A stretch of DNA of 52,027 nt from an uncultured Gammaproteobacteria bacterium. Lineage in GTDB: Bacteria; Patescibacteriota; Patescibacteriia; Magasanikbacterales; GCA-002688135. Position 1 is the first letter of the stretch. Every line of letters begins with the position of its first letter. This document shows, piece by piece, positions 8,233 through 16,894 of the stretch. The notes beneath the pieces are model-generated. The model saw only the letters and a program-made list of their open reading frames with translations. It was not told the origin of the DNA and did no database searches. The position numbers were made by a program, and so were the translations under genes. The stretch is from positions 67,982-120,008 of the forward strand of contig CAZHVT010000002.1 in assembly GCA_964536205.1 (NCBI GenBank). Reading direction: 5' to 3'.

Positions 8233-9276
8233 TTACAAAACAGGCGGCAACAAACCTTTAAATTGCTCTGCATGTTTTTTTGCTCGTTTCATTAATAATT
8301 CCTGTGCGCTGTTTGGCTCCACTTTTTCGCCGCCACCATATTCACGAACTAAAAGCGCATCCGGGACATTCTCCAAATCTTTCACAAGAGGACGCACAGA
8401 TCGGACATATTCGCGAAAACCTCCATCAGAAGTTTTGTGATCCCAATCCATTTCCCGCATCATCCACTGAATCACTTCTTCCAATTTTCTTGGTGTGAAT
8501 GTAGTGAATACACGAATCAATTCGTCTTTCAAAGGAATGTTTCCATCCGTTTTCATATCAAAGACATCAATAAGTGCGAGTAAGTGCCAATGCTCAATTT
8601 TCGGATCTTCGAAATAATCAGTTTTGCGTGATCCATAATAAAGATCAACGGTGATCAAATCTCGCAGTAATGACTCTTCATCAAACACATTCTCATAGAT
8701 CAAATAACTTGAGCGTGAATCTTTCTCGATAGCATCTTGGCGCTCATTAAGTGCAACAGAGGTATCTTGAGAATCCGATATCGGGGATGCACCACTCAGC
8801 GCAGCGATGTCTCTATTCATGCGATCGACAACAGATTCATAATCATCGAATAACTGAGGGGCATCACGGCTGACAGACATGAAGGGTAAATTTTTTGCAT
8901 CATGATCTGCATCTGCGGGATATACAACGCCAGCAGATTGTAAATAATCAATCTTGTCCACATCTGACATCGTGATGACATTACCCCATCTATCTGTCCC
9001 CGCACCTGTCTCCCAGTCGACCCACGGAATAACAAAACCCTTATCTTTAAAAAAAGCAAAAGCATCGTGGGCAGCTTTTTTGATCTTCGGTTCATATGTA
9101 GCCTCAATCTTTTCTTTTTGTTTCTCGAGCTCGCGCGCATCCTCTACATAGTCATCCCACGGCGCATGGCGTTTGCGCAACACTAAAAAATCCTCAACAA
9201 AATTCGGCCATTCTTTGTCAGCTCGCGAGGGGCTGAATGAGAAATAATCTACATCTACGCTCATATTGAATATCAT
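8233..9276 (-). CDS. hypothetical protein (about 347 aa)
   Basis: Start taken at ATG 9276 ([10 protein letters not shown]; ATG 9264 also possible); the longer ORF to 9666 runs antisense through uvrC. Confidence 0.65.
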   Translation of the reverse strand: MIFNMSVDVDYFSFSPSRADKEWPNFVEDFLVLRKRHAPWDDYVEDARELEKQKEKIEATYEPKIKKAAHDAFAFFKDKGFVIPWVDWETGAGTDRWGNVITMSDVDKIDYLQSAGVVYPADADHDAKNLPFMSVSRDAPQLFDDYESVVDRMNRDIAALSGASPISDSQDTSVALNERQDAIEKDSRSSYLIYENVFDEESLLRDLITVDLYYGSRKTDYFEDPKIEHWHLLALIDVFDMKTDGNIPLKDELIRVFTTFTPRKLEEVIQWMMREMDWDHKTSDGGFREYVRSVRPLVKDLENVPDALLVREYGGGEKVEPNSAQELLMKRAKKHAEQFKGLLPPVL

Positions 9277-9300
9277 GATGGAATAAAGTATCCTCATTCT

Positions 9301-10692
9301 ATGACCGATACTATCAAAAAGCAAATCCAAAATCTCCCACGCACGCCTGGTGTGTATCTTTTTCGTGGGACAAAAGGGACGGTGTTGTATGTAGGGAAGG
9401 CGACTGTTTTGAAAACGCGAGTTTCTTCGTATTGGCAGAAATCGAAATCTCGTGAGACACGGCCGATTGAAGAGGCGATGGATCAAGTGGTGAATATAGA
9501 TGCAATCAAAACAGAAACAGTGATTGAGGCTTTGATGCTCGAAGCAGTTTTGATAAAAAAATATTGGCCGAAATATAATGTATTGGGGAAGGATGGACGA
9601 AGTTTTTTGTATGTGGGGGTGACGCGAGATGATTTTCCGAAGGTTTTGTTGATTCGTGGTAAACAATTAGAGGATGGTGAATATGATGAGAAAAAAGATT
9701 TTGTCGCGTTGTTTGGGCCATACACACAAGCGACATCAATTCGAAACGCGCTCAAGATTGTGCGTAAGATTTTTAAATTTAGTAGCTGCAAGCCTCCCAA
9801 ACCCTCCCCTGACCCCTCCCTGAAAGGGAGGGGAACAGCTACTCATGTTGATGCTGAAACCAAGCAATTAGAAAAGCTCCCCACCTTAACAAGGGGGGGC
9901 AAGGGGGGGTCTGAAAGAAAGCCGCGTGCATGTTTTTACAGAGGAATTGGATTGTGTCCGGGCGTATGCACAGGTGAAATAAAAAAACGTCCATACAGAA
10001 AAACAATTCGACATCTCATCAAATTTTTCCAGGGTAAACGAAAAGAAGTTATCATCGACCTAAAAAAAGAAATGAAAAAAGCTTCCGAGTTGATGGATTT
10101 TGAGAGAGCAGGGGAATTACGAAATCAAATAAAATCGTTAGAACATATTCATGATATCGCGGTGCTCGGGGCAGAACGACATGGATTCAAGCGTACTGAT
10201 ATTGGAATTGATGTGTTTGGACGAATTGAAGGATACGATATTTCAAATATTCAAGGGAAGTTTGCGGTGGGATCGATGGTGGTTGCGGTCGGCGGTCATC
10301 CAGAAAAACAAGAATACAGAAAATTCACCATAAAAGATGTGAAGGGTTCAAATGATGTTGCGATGTTAGAAGAGGTTATCAGAAGACGTTTCACACATGA
10401 TGGATGGGAACGCCCAGAATTATTATTGATAGACGGAGGACTCCCGCAAGTAAACCGCGTCAAAAAAGTATTACGAGAACTTGATATAGAAATTCCGGTC
10501 ATGGGTATCGCAAAAGGCGCAGCGCGCAAAAAAAATCAATTCGTCATCCCCAAACAAAAAAAGACCATCCAAGAAGATCTCAAACAAATCGCGCGTTTAT
10601 ATCCGCACATCTTAATTGCATTACGAGATGAATCCCACAGATTCGCACAAAGTTTTTACCGCTCAAAACACCGCAAGGCCATGAAAGGCTAA
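9301..10692 (+). CDS. uvrC: excinuclease ABC subunit C, short form without a C-terminal (HhH)2 domain, with an in-frame repeat insert
   Basis: GIY-YIG GVYLFRG..VLYVGKA, UVR-like MDFERAGELRNQIKSLE, endonuclease-domain end DESHRFA; 463 aa. Confidence 0.9.
   Translation: MTDTIKKQIQNLPRTPGVYLFRGTKGTVLYVGKATVLKTRVSSYWQKSKSRETRPIEEAMDQVVNIDAIKTETVIEALMLEAVLIKKYWPKYNVLGKDGRSFLYVGVTRDDFPKVLLIRGKQLEDGEYDEKKDFVALFGPYTQATSIRNALKIVRKIFKFSSCKPPKPSPDPSLKGRGTATHVDAETKQLEKLPTLTRGGKGGSERKPRACFYRGIGLCPGVCTGEIKKRPYRKTIRHLIKFFQGKRKEVIIDLKKEMKKASELMDFERAGELRNQIKSLEHIHDIAVLGAERHGFKRTDIGIDVFGRIEGYDISNIQGKFAVGSMVVAVGGHPEKQEYRKFTIKDVKGSNDVAMLEEVIRRRFTHDGWERPELLLIDGGLPQVNRVKKVLRELDIEIPVMGIAKGAARKKNQFVIPKQKKTIQEDLKQIARLYPHILIALRDESHRFAQSFYRSKHRKAMKG
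9793..9910. repeat. C/G-word repeat insert inside uvrC
   Basis: Hairpin cccctccct-gaa-agggagggg (9813-9833) and tandem aaggggggg units with two G7 runs (9893-9899, 9903-9909); encodes PPKPSPDPSLKGRG...LPTLTRGGKGG. Confidence 0.7.
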
Positions 10693-10988
10693 GCAGCCTT
10701 CTGTTTCGGGAAATCCGGTCGCATGTCATGAAAGAGAGAGACTGCTTTTGCAATATCATCCTTCAAGCATGCAAACATAATGGCGCGTTTGGCCAAAATA
10801 GTTTGCGCATCTTCTCCAGGCTGCTCGGTGACAGTATCTCGAAAATCCGCTCCATATGTTTCAATCCATTCCATCTCATCCATCCCAGATTCCTGAATCA
10901 TCTGAAATTGCATTAAATTTTGCGCGCGCATTAATTTCTCAGCACGTTCTTTTTGAGGATCTATTGCAGGGAGATCTTGTATAGTCAT
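10689..10988 (-). CDS. hypothetical protein (99 aa)
   Basis: Convergent with uvrC, 4-nt overlap. Confidence 0.6.
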   Translation of the reverse strand: MTIQDLPAIDPQKERAEKLMRAQNLMQFQMIQESGMDEMEWIETYGADFRDTVTEQPGEDAQTILAKRAIMFACLKDDIAKAVSLFHDMRPDFPKQKAA

Positions 10989-11031
10989 ATCGATGGATTA
11001 TATATAACTTCATTATAGTTAAATTTCAAAT

Positions 11032-11060
11032 ATTGACAATGATGCACGATTTTGCTAACG
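11032..11060 (+). promoter_or_regulatory. candidate promoter
   Basis: TTGACA-17 nt-TAACGT ahead of an AAAGGAG RBS and ATG 11089. Confidence 0.5.
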
Positions 11061-11088
11061 TCTTTAAGGTCATTCAAAAGGAGTCAGA

Positions 11089-11364
11089 ATGAAAGTTCGT
11101 TTACTAGTGCATGTATATGAGATGATTAATCGTAGGCATGTTCCCAGATATATTTTCATTGGGCAGTTCATTACAGACGTTATCGTAATTAGTTCGCATA
11201 AGCGCCTGCCAAGCTTTTGTATGAATCAAAACATTATAAATAATGATGGTTGGCAATCGAAGGGAATAAGGCAATTGGGTAGTGAGAAAGGAGAGCGCAT
11301 GAAGGAAATGCATCAATATGATTTTCGAATCATGCAGGTAATCAACGTGGGGGAGAGCAAATGA
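11089..11364 (+). CDS. hypothetical protein (91 aa), first gene of a two-gene cassette
   Basis: Strong RBS AAAGGAG; stop overlaps the next start (ATGA). Confidence 0.6.
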   Translation: MKVRLLVHVYEMINRRHVPRYIFIGQFITDVIVISSHKRLPSFCMNQNIINNDGWQSKGIRQLGSEKGERMKEMHQYDFRIMQVINVGESK

Positions 11365-11621
11365 AGTTATTTGAACTGAAACGTCGGAATCTGACACTCG
11401 GAGCAACAAGGCCACGAAAAATGATTGTGGCAGCTCACACAGAAGAAAGAGCACGCCAGTTAGCAAATCAATACGTCCAGCCATTTGGGGATGCTCTTGA
11501 TGAGGAGCGGGTGAGTTGCATTATGGTTGCACATGATTGCAATTATCCAAGTGAGCGTGTCATTACTGCATTTCGTAGTGATAGTGGATTAAATATAATT
11601 CCATCAAAGGAGACAGAATGA
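11361..11621 (+). CDS. hypothetical protein (86 aa), second gene of the cassette
   Basis: Translationally coupled; followed by a terminator. Confidence 0.6.
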   Translation: MKLFELKRRNLTLGATRPRKMIVAAHTEERARQLANQYVQPFGDALDEERVSCIMVAHDCNYPSERVITAFRSDSGLNIIPSKETE

Positions 11622-11622
11622 T

Positions 11623-11649
11623 GACCTCGTAATGCGGGGTCTTTTTTTA
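11623..11649 (+). terminator. intrinsic terminator
   Basis: gacctcg-taatg-cggggtc (one G-U) plus T7. Confidence 0.65.
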
Positions 11650-11670
11650 TTTGCCTGTGGATGAATCGTG

Positions 11671-11699
11671 TTGACACGAAGGTATTCGTGGGATATTAT
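11671..11699 (+). promoter_or_regulatory. mra (dcw) promoter
   Basis: TTGACA-17 nt-TATTAT. Confidence 0.65.
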
Positions 11700-11733
11700 A
11701 AGTATGTAGTGGTGAATTGTGGGGAATGGTGGG
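11688..11733 (+). promoter_or_regulatory. MraZ-type operator: GTGGG-like direct repeats
   Basis: GTGGT (11709), GTGGG (11719), GTGGG (11729) at exact 10-bp spacing just downstream of the -10, plus GTGGG at 11688 in the spacer. Confidence 0.55.
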
Positions 11734-12104
11734 TGATCTAAAGTTTCTTGTGAATGAGGTCTCGTATTTGAAAACCGTTGGTAACGGACCCACGAATGCG
11801 ATCTCACAAAGAAGGTGATTCACAAGGCTTACACTCGCAAAGAATTCCAAGAATCAAGAAGCCCTACGTTACAACATGCAATGCGTAGTATTGCAGAGCA
11901 CAACGTCGTGACAGATATATTGTTGTCGCTAACTGGCGAAACAGCGTAGAAGTTTTTTCTACAAGCTGCGTCCAAGTCTGTATTTCTCCTCCACGACTCT
12001 CAGAGACGTTGCTCAATCCTATGCGATATCGTGCAAAGTAATAGTGCGCACGTATGACGTATCGTAGGGTCTTGATTTGCGGATCAATTCCATAATGTTC
12101 CACT

Positions 12105-12536
12105 ATGTTCATCGGAGAGTATTCACACTCAGTCGACCAAAAAGGCCGGCTCGCAGTGCCCACAAAATTCAGAAAGTTACTCGGCTCAAACGCCGTTGTT
12201 ACGCGTGGGTTAGATAACTCACTGTTCTTGTACACAAACAAAGAATGGAAAAAACTCGCAGAGAAACTTGCTGCTCTCCCATTCTCACACAAACAATCAC
12301 GTGCATTCGCACGTTTAATGTTGGCAGGTGCCATGGAGGTAACCATCGATAAACAGGGACGCATTATGCTCCCAGATTATCTGCGTACATTTGCCAAGAT
12401 CAAAAAGAAAGCGGTCATGGCTGGCCTTTATAATCGTATTGAAATTTGGGATAAAGCTGCATGGGAGAAATACAAGAAAGCAACAGAGAAAGAAAGCGGA
12501 GTTATTGCTGAAGATCTATTTGAACTGGGAATATGA
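12105..12536 (+). CDS. mraZ: transcriptional regulator MraZ
   Basis: MFIGEYSHSVDQKGRLAVPTKFR and a second DKQGRIMLP SpoVT/AbrB repeat. Confidence 0.95.
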   Translation: MFIGEYSHSVDQKGRLAVPTKFRKLLGSNAVVTRGLDNSLFLYTNKEWKKLAEKLAALPFSHKQSRAFARLMLAGAMEVTIDKQGRIMLPDYLRTFAKIKKKAVMAGLYNRIEIWDKAAWEKYKKATEKESGVIAEDLFELGI

Positions 12537-13384
12537 GACACGTCCCCGTACTAGCAAGGGAGGTGCTTCAACATTTAGATCTAAAAGATGGCGATCATAT
12601 TATTGACGCTACACTTGGTGACGGCGGACATGCTGAATTGATCCTTTCAAAATTAGGTGATGGGAAATTATTGGGAATTGATACAGACCCAGAATCACTC
12701 AAACGTGCAGAAGAATTTCTCAAAGATCATAACAATCTCATCCTAAAGCAAGGAAACTTTCGTGAACTGAAATCACTCATCCCCGAGGATTTTGGCGACG
12801 TTCATGGAATTCTCTTTGACTTAGGGTGGTCTTCACCGCAATTTTCAGATCGCAATCGAGGGTTTTCTTTTCAAAAAGATGAACCACTCGATATGCGCAT
12901 GGATCCGAGTCAAACGAAAACCGCAGCCGACATCATTAACAACATGTATGAAGATGAAATCGGCCGCATCATTCGAACCTACGGCGAAGATCGTCGTTGG
13001 CGCACAATTGCACAATCAATCGTCAAAGCACGAAAAGAAATGAAAATCGAAACCACGCTGCAGCTGGTAGACATAATCGGCGGCAATCGACGTGGATCGA
13101 TCCATCCTGCAACACGAACGTTTCAAGCATTACGCATCGCGGTCAACGATGAGCTTGCTGCGCTCAAGGATGGGCTTGCTGACGCAATTGAAATCCTAGC
13201 CCCCGGTGGAACCATCATGGTGATTAGTTTCCACTCTGGCGAAGATCGAATTGTAAAGCAGATGTTCAAAAAAGATGATCGATTGGACGTTCTCACAAAA
13301 CGACCAATCACAGCTTCAGACGATGAGATAAAAGAAAATCCGCGATCACGAAGCGCAAAACTTCGCGTCGCAACCAAAAAGTAG
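12533..13384 (+). CDS. rsmH: 16S rRNA (cytosine1402-N4)-methyltransferase
   Basis: HVPVL, DATLGDGGH, DLGWSSPQ, SFHSGEDR motifs. Confidence 0.95.
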   Translation: MRHVPVLAREVLQHLDLKDGDHIIDATLGDGGHAELILSKLGDGKLLGIDTDPESLKRAEEFLKDHNNLILKQGNFRELKSLIPEDFGDVHGILFDLGWSSPQFSDRNRGFSFQKDEPLDMRMDPSQTKTAADIINNMYEDEIGRIIRTYGEDRRWRTIAQSIVKARKEMKIETTLQLVDIIGGNRRGSIHPATRTFQALRIAVNDELAALKDGLADAIEILAPGGTIMVISFHSGEDRIVKQMFKKDDRLDVLTKRPITASDDEIKENPRSRSAKLRVATKK

Positions 13385-13407
13385 CATTACTTTTCACTAC
13401 CAACGTA

Positions 13408-13758
13408 ATGTCACCATTTATAAAATCGCACCGTTCACGTGCGTACACTCGTAAAAAAAGATTAAAAAAGACGGATACTTCATCCGCAAAATTTCGTGTT
13501 GGATTGTTGATAATTCTCGCAACAGCGATGATCGCATATGTCTGGCAAATCAATAATGTTTCTGTAAAAGGATTCGCAATCTACGAAATCGAACAAAGAA
13601 ACACGCAGCTCACTCGCGAAAATCAGCGACTCGAATTGCATGTCGCGCAACTACAATCAACATCAAACGTAAAAAACAACATCGATTCTTTGGGGATGGT
13701 CGATGATGGTGAAACCGTATATATCACACTCACAGACGACGCGGTAGCAAAGAAGTAG
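13408..13758 (+). CDS. FtsL-like cell-division protein
   Basis: Position after rsmH; basic N-terminus, one TM (FRVGLLIILATAMIAYVWQI), then coiled coil. Confidence 0.6.
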   Translation: MSPFIKSHRSRAYTRKKRLKKTDTSSAKFRVGLLIILATAMIAYVWQINNVSVKGFAIYEIEQRNTQLTRENQRLELHVAQLQSTSNVKNNIDSLGMVDDGETVYITLTDDAVAKK

Positions 13759-13824
13759 AACCCATAACAATTAAGGTGAGAGCCTGATTTTTTTTTCGCA
13801 AAAAAAATGCTATACTAGATCACT

Positions 13825-14193
13825 ATGCTAGTACTCAAGTACACACTATTCGCGCTCGCAAAAGATATCTTGTACGCACCGATGTGGTGGTACACTCGCG
13901 GCGCGCTTTTTATATACAAATGGTTGGTGAATACAAGCATAAGTACATGGAGGCAGATGGGGTTGGGTGTGTGGATCAAAAATCTGTTTGTACCCATGTT
14001 CCAGCAATACGACTGGCAGGGGAGGATCATCAGTTTTTTCATGCGCCTATTTCAGATTATTTTTCGGTTCATCGGATTTATTATCATGTTTGCGATCTAT
14101 CTTGTGATATTTTTAGGTTGGTTTGCATTGCCTGCACTTGCGGTTTATATGTTCATGCAATCGACGTTCAATACGTACATCCCACTTATCTAA
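13825..14193 (+). CDS. integral membrane protein (122 aa)
   Basis: Hydrophobic segments; stop 1 nt before the next ATG. Confidence 0.6.
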   Translation: MLVLKYTLFALAKDILYAPMWWYTRGALFIYKWLVNTSISTWRQMGLGVWIKNLFVPMFQQYDWQGRIISFFMRLFQIIFRFIGFIIMFAIYLVIFLGWFALPALAVYMFMQSTFNTYIPLI

Positions 14194-14194
14194 C

Positions 14195-16894
14195 ATGGAA
14201 GAAGAAATTCCAAAAGTACCATTACTCATCTGCGACAAAAGTGACGAAGGTCACATTCGTAAAGCATGCCGCGGAAGTTGGATGGGTTTTTCTGTACACC
14301 ATCATTTTTTTGCATGGCAACGCGATCTATCTGATGAAGCAATTAAAGGACGACGAATTGAAGAGATCTTTGATAGCATTGTGAATTTTGTGTTGATGTT
14401 AGTGGGAGTAGTTGGTTTGTTGCACATGGGAATCTTGAAGCTCATGAACTTCTATGTTCCAGAATACCTCGAGTACATTCCGACATCCTTACAAAAAACA
14501 TACATTCCGTTGTGGTTGCTGATATTACTTATCATGTTTGTGATGTCTCGGTTGGTGCGAACTGCGCTCACCATCGAGTTTGTAAAATCAGATGCAGTCG
14601 ATCATCCATACGATGATGGAACGTCATGGGAATCAGTTGCAAAATATCATCGCGGATCATTCCACAATATTGCACACGCATTTGCTCCGCGAGCTATGGT
14701 CGCTTTTGAGGAAGCTGCGCTCAAGTCTCACAAAGCTGGCGTAGAATTTTCACTCTACACATTATTTGAACATCTCCTAAAAACTCCAGATGTAAAATCA
14801 ATTTTAATCAGATTTGAATTACCGCCAGATCAGGTCGTGAAAGTTTTTCATGAACAATTTTTACAAGATGGCGCGGATCATGCTGGCGCTAATGGCGCGA
14901 TGTGGCAAGTTATTGCAAAAGCATATTTGGATGCAGCGAAAAATGACGATCCGAAAGTGACGGTGTTTCATCTGTTTGATGCATGTTTGATGGTAGACCC
15001 TCGATTCACAGAATTTTTCGAACGTCTCGGAGTACAACCAAAAGTTTTGGATAATGGTGTACAGTGGTTCAGATTCATGAATCATCTTTCTGGTGAAATG
15101 AGATCATTCCGTCGCGCAGCATTCAAAAAAAATACAAGCGATACTGGCGCAGCAATGACAGGATTAGCAACACCACTTATCAATTCAATTGGAGAAGATT
15201 TAACAAAAGCTGCAAAATTTGGATACTTACCAGTTACTGTCGGCAGAAAATCAGAAATAAGTTCAATGTTGCGCGCACTAGAATCTGGCGCATCATCTGT
15301 CATTTTGACTGGTCAGCAAGGTGTGGGAAAAATGAGTATCGTAGAAGGGTTGGCTGAACGAATGGTTACAGAAGATGTCCCAGAAGTTTTGAAAGACAAA
15401 CGATTAATTCGAATTCCAATCACACACATTGTTTCAGGGTCAGATCCCGGACAATATCAACAACGCTTAATGCAAGTGATGGTAGAAGCTGTAAGATCTG
15501 GAAACACAGTTTTGGCGTTTGAAGGTATTGAGGGATTATTTGGTGTGCGAGTTGGTGGTGGAACAAGTCAGGATTTATCCGACACACTCGCAGAGCTGTT
15601 AGAAAAAACAAGATTAACTGCAATTACAACAACAACAAACGAAGCATTCAGAACGGCGATTTCAGGAACTAGATTTGGATCAATGTCGACAAAACTTGAA
15701 GTGAATCAAGTTGAGGATAACGACGCAATTCAAATTCTAGAATCCAGAGTTTTTGCAATTGAAGCACAGCACACAGTGTATTTTACGTATCGCGCAATCG
15801 AACAATGCGTAACTATGGCGCGCAGATTTTTACAAGATGAAGCTCTCCCAGAAAACGCCATCAAGCTCATGCAAGAAACTGCGGTATACGTACGCAATAA
15901 ACGCGGTGCAAATCAGCTGGTGCGATCAGAAGATGTCGGATTTGTCATCACAGAAAAAACCAACATTCCGACAGAAGCCGTCAATCAGGATGAAAAAGAT
16001 AAATTGATGAGATTAGAAGAGATTATGCATGAGCGTGTGGTGGGACAAAATGAAGCAGTTAAAGCAGTTTCAGCAGCGCTTCGTCGCGCGCGCGCGGATT
16101 TATCAGGAGGAAAACGTCCGATTGCAAATTTCTTATTTCTCGGTCCAACTGGTGTAGGAAAAACAGAAACAGCAAAAACGCTCGCAGAAGTTTATTTTGG
16201 CGGAGAAGATCGCATGACACGATTCGACATGTCAGAATTTCAAGATGCACAATCAATCTATCGATTAATCGGACAGCCCGGACAACAAGGAACAGGATTG
16301 CTCACAGAAGCGATCCGACAAAATCCATTCACATTATTATTGCTTGATGAATTTGAAAAAGCAGATGCAAGTTTACTAAATGTATTTTTGCAGATTTTCG
16401 ATGATGGGCGAGTGACAGATTCCGTCGGTCGCGTAGTAGATTTCACAAACACTATTATTATTTGTACATCAAATGCAGGAAGTAGTTACATTCAAGATGA
16501 GGTAAAAGCTGGAACAGGAACAGAAATCATCAAACAAGGATTACTCGATCAGGAATTGAAAAAGTATTTCCGCCCAGAACTTATCAATCGTTTTGATGGT
16601 GTGATTGTGTACACACCGCTCAATGAGGAGCAAATTGAGGATATAGCACATCTCATGATCGGAGGAATAGAAAAACGACTCTACGAACAAAAGGGAATTC
16701 ATTTAGATGTGACCGAACGCGCTGTCGCACAGCTAGCGAAAAAAGGATATTCTCCAGAATTTGGTGCGCGTCCAATGCGTCGTGTTATTCAATCTGATGT
16801 TGAGGATGTGCTGGCGAACATTCTTTTGGAAGGAAATGTGGGTCGTAATCAAACGATTGTGATTGATGCAGATGGCGGTGTGCACATCGAATAA
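14195..16894 (+). CDS. membrane-anchored ClpC/ClpB-like AAA+ protein with a degenerate first nucleotide-binding domain
   Basis: NBD2 intact (GPTGVGKTETAK, LLLLDEFEKA, sensor GARPMRR). NBD1 has GQQGVGKMS and VLAFEGIEG in place of Walker A/B. Two N-terminal TM helices. Confidence 0.8.
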   Translation: MEEEIPKVPLLICDKSDEGHIRKACRGSWMGFSVHHHFFAWQRDLSDEAIKGRRIEEIFDSIVNFVLMLVGVVGLLHMGILKLMNFYVPEYLEYIPTSLQKTYIPLWLLILLIMFVMSRLVRTALTIEFVKSDAVDHPYDDGTSWESVAKYHRGSFHNIAHAFAPRAMVAFEEAALKSHKAGVEFSLYTLFEHLLKTPDVKSILIRFELPPDQVVKVFHEQFLQDGADHAGANGAMWQVIAKAYLDAAKNDDPKVTVFHLFDACLMVDPRFTEFFERLGVQPKVLDNGVQWFRFMNHLSGEMRSFRRAAFKKNTSDTGAAMTGLATPLINSIGEDLTKAAKFGYLPVTVGRKSEISSMLRALESGASSVILTGQQGVGKMSIVEGLAERMVTEDVPEVLKDKRLIRIPITHIVSGSDPGQYQQRLMQVMVEAVRSGNTVLAFEGIEGLFGVRVGGGTSQDLSDTLAELLEKTRLTAITTTTNEAFRTAISGTRFGSMSTKLEVNQVEDNDAIQILESRVFAIEAQHTVYFTYRAIEQCVTMARRFLQDEALPENAIKLMQETAVYVRNKRGANQLVRSEDVGFVITEKTNIPTEAVNQDEKDKLMRLEEIMHERVVGQNEAVKAVSAALRRARADLSGGKRPIANFLFLGPTGVGKTETAKTLAEVYFGGEDRMTRFDMSEFQDAQSIYRLIGQPGQQGTGLLTEAIRQNPFTLLLLDEFEKADASLLNVFLQIFDDGRVTDSVGRVVDFTNTIIICTSNAGSSYIQDEVKAGTGTEIIKQGLLDQELKKYFRPELINRFDGVIVYTPLNEEQIEDIAHLMIGGIEKRLYEQKGIHLDVTERAVAQLAKKGYSPEFGARPMRRVIQSDVEDVLANILLEGNVGRNQTIVIDADGGVHIE

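Noticed and set aside
9277-9666. N-terminal 130 codons of ORF 8233-9666
   Set aside because: This part runs antisense through the well-supported uvrC 5' end and has a junk-like composition. ATG 9276 or 9264 gives a sensible start.
11864-12364. 166-aa minus-strand ORF spanning the mraZ leader and the mraZ 5' end
   Set aside because: It is antisense to mraZ, has no RBS, and has a low-complexity composition.
13775-13800. T9-cgc-A8 palindrome before the 13825 gene as a terminator
   Set aside because: The stem is A/U-only and too weak to call. The adjacent TGcTATACT may be an extended -10 element, but I could not find a matching -35.
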